From Acanthaster planci (Eukaryota), in the NCBI RefSeq assembly GCF_001949145.1, contig NW_019091356.1, positions 2,116,932 through 2,180,931 of the forward strand: DNA of 64,000 bases, in the 5' to 3' direction. The notes beneath the pieces are model-generated. The model searched no databases and was not told where the DNA came from. It saw only the letters and a list, made by a program, of their open reading frames with translations. Each line of letters starts with the position of its first letter. Position 1 is the first letter of the stretch. Made by a program: the position numbers and the translations under genes. Shown here in pieces: positions 63,535 to 64,000 of this stretch.

Positions 63535-64000
63535 GTGCGATGACAGTTTTGAACTAAAGCATCAGTGATGTGGCCATGAAGTGTAATGTTTTTTTCAGAG
63601 GACGCAACAATTTGTAGTCAGATTTTGGAAGGATGGCCTTGCATCTTGCATGGTCTCTGGAATTGTTTACCTGTACATGTATACTGAGAGAAAAATACCT
63701 CTTAATTTTATTTGGTGGGCTTTGAATAAGCAAAACACAGTGCATTTTTACAAAAACATGGTAACCCTTTTGTTTGATGCCATACATGCATGTTTAACTT
63801 CAAGTATCTGTGATGTGAAATGTGTGCAATTTTTTATGGGATTCAAGGTCTCCTCATGGGTGCCCGGTACCCAGTAAATATTGTTACCCATTAAACCAGC
63901 CTTTCTTTTCTTCACAGATGAGGGGTTCTTTTGTATCCTATAGTGAATTACAACAAACTGATCAAGGTGAATTTCAGTTGTTAATATTACCCCTGATATC

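Noticed and set aside
63918..63945. Next CPAMD8 exon after ttcacag
   Set aside because: Good acceptor, but the frame stops after a few codons and only a weak donor is visible at the window edge; left uncalled.

Overview
Eukaryotic, intron-rich genomic DNA from an animal, probably a marine invertebrate (inferred from gene content and repeat style), in a draft scaffold with N gaps. Left to right: (1) the 5' end of ATIC/purH on the minus strand, with exon 2 present twice in a ~1.07 kb tandem duplication; (2) a complete 22-exon DEAH-box helicase, best matching DHX30, head-to-head with ATIC (1116 aa by my exon arithmetic, including one GC-AG intron); (3) a tandem segmental duplication (~17.4-24.8 kb and ~27.3-36.0 kb), each copy holding the DHX30 last exon and a convergent secreted two-FAS1-domain (fasciclin) gene; (4) the first 29 coding exons of CPAMD8 (alpha-2-macroglobulin family, GCGEQ thioester), running off the right edge. 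The most interesting signal is in the fasciclin genes. Each has two paralogous, highly diverged first exons (signal peptide plus most of FAS1 domain 1) upstream of two shared exons. This is a variable-first-exon/constant-exon layout reminiscent of UGT1A and clustered protocadherins. One of the four first exons is pseudogenised, and coding exons have diverged between copies more than the neighbouring non-coding DNA. Many MITEs, SINE-like elements and satellites are also visible. Exon boundaries were read by eye from splice sites and phase continuity; family assignments rest on recalled sequences and no database search was run.
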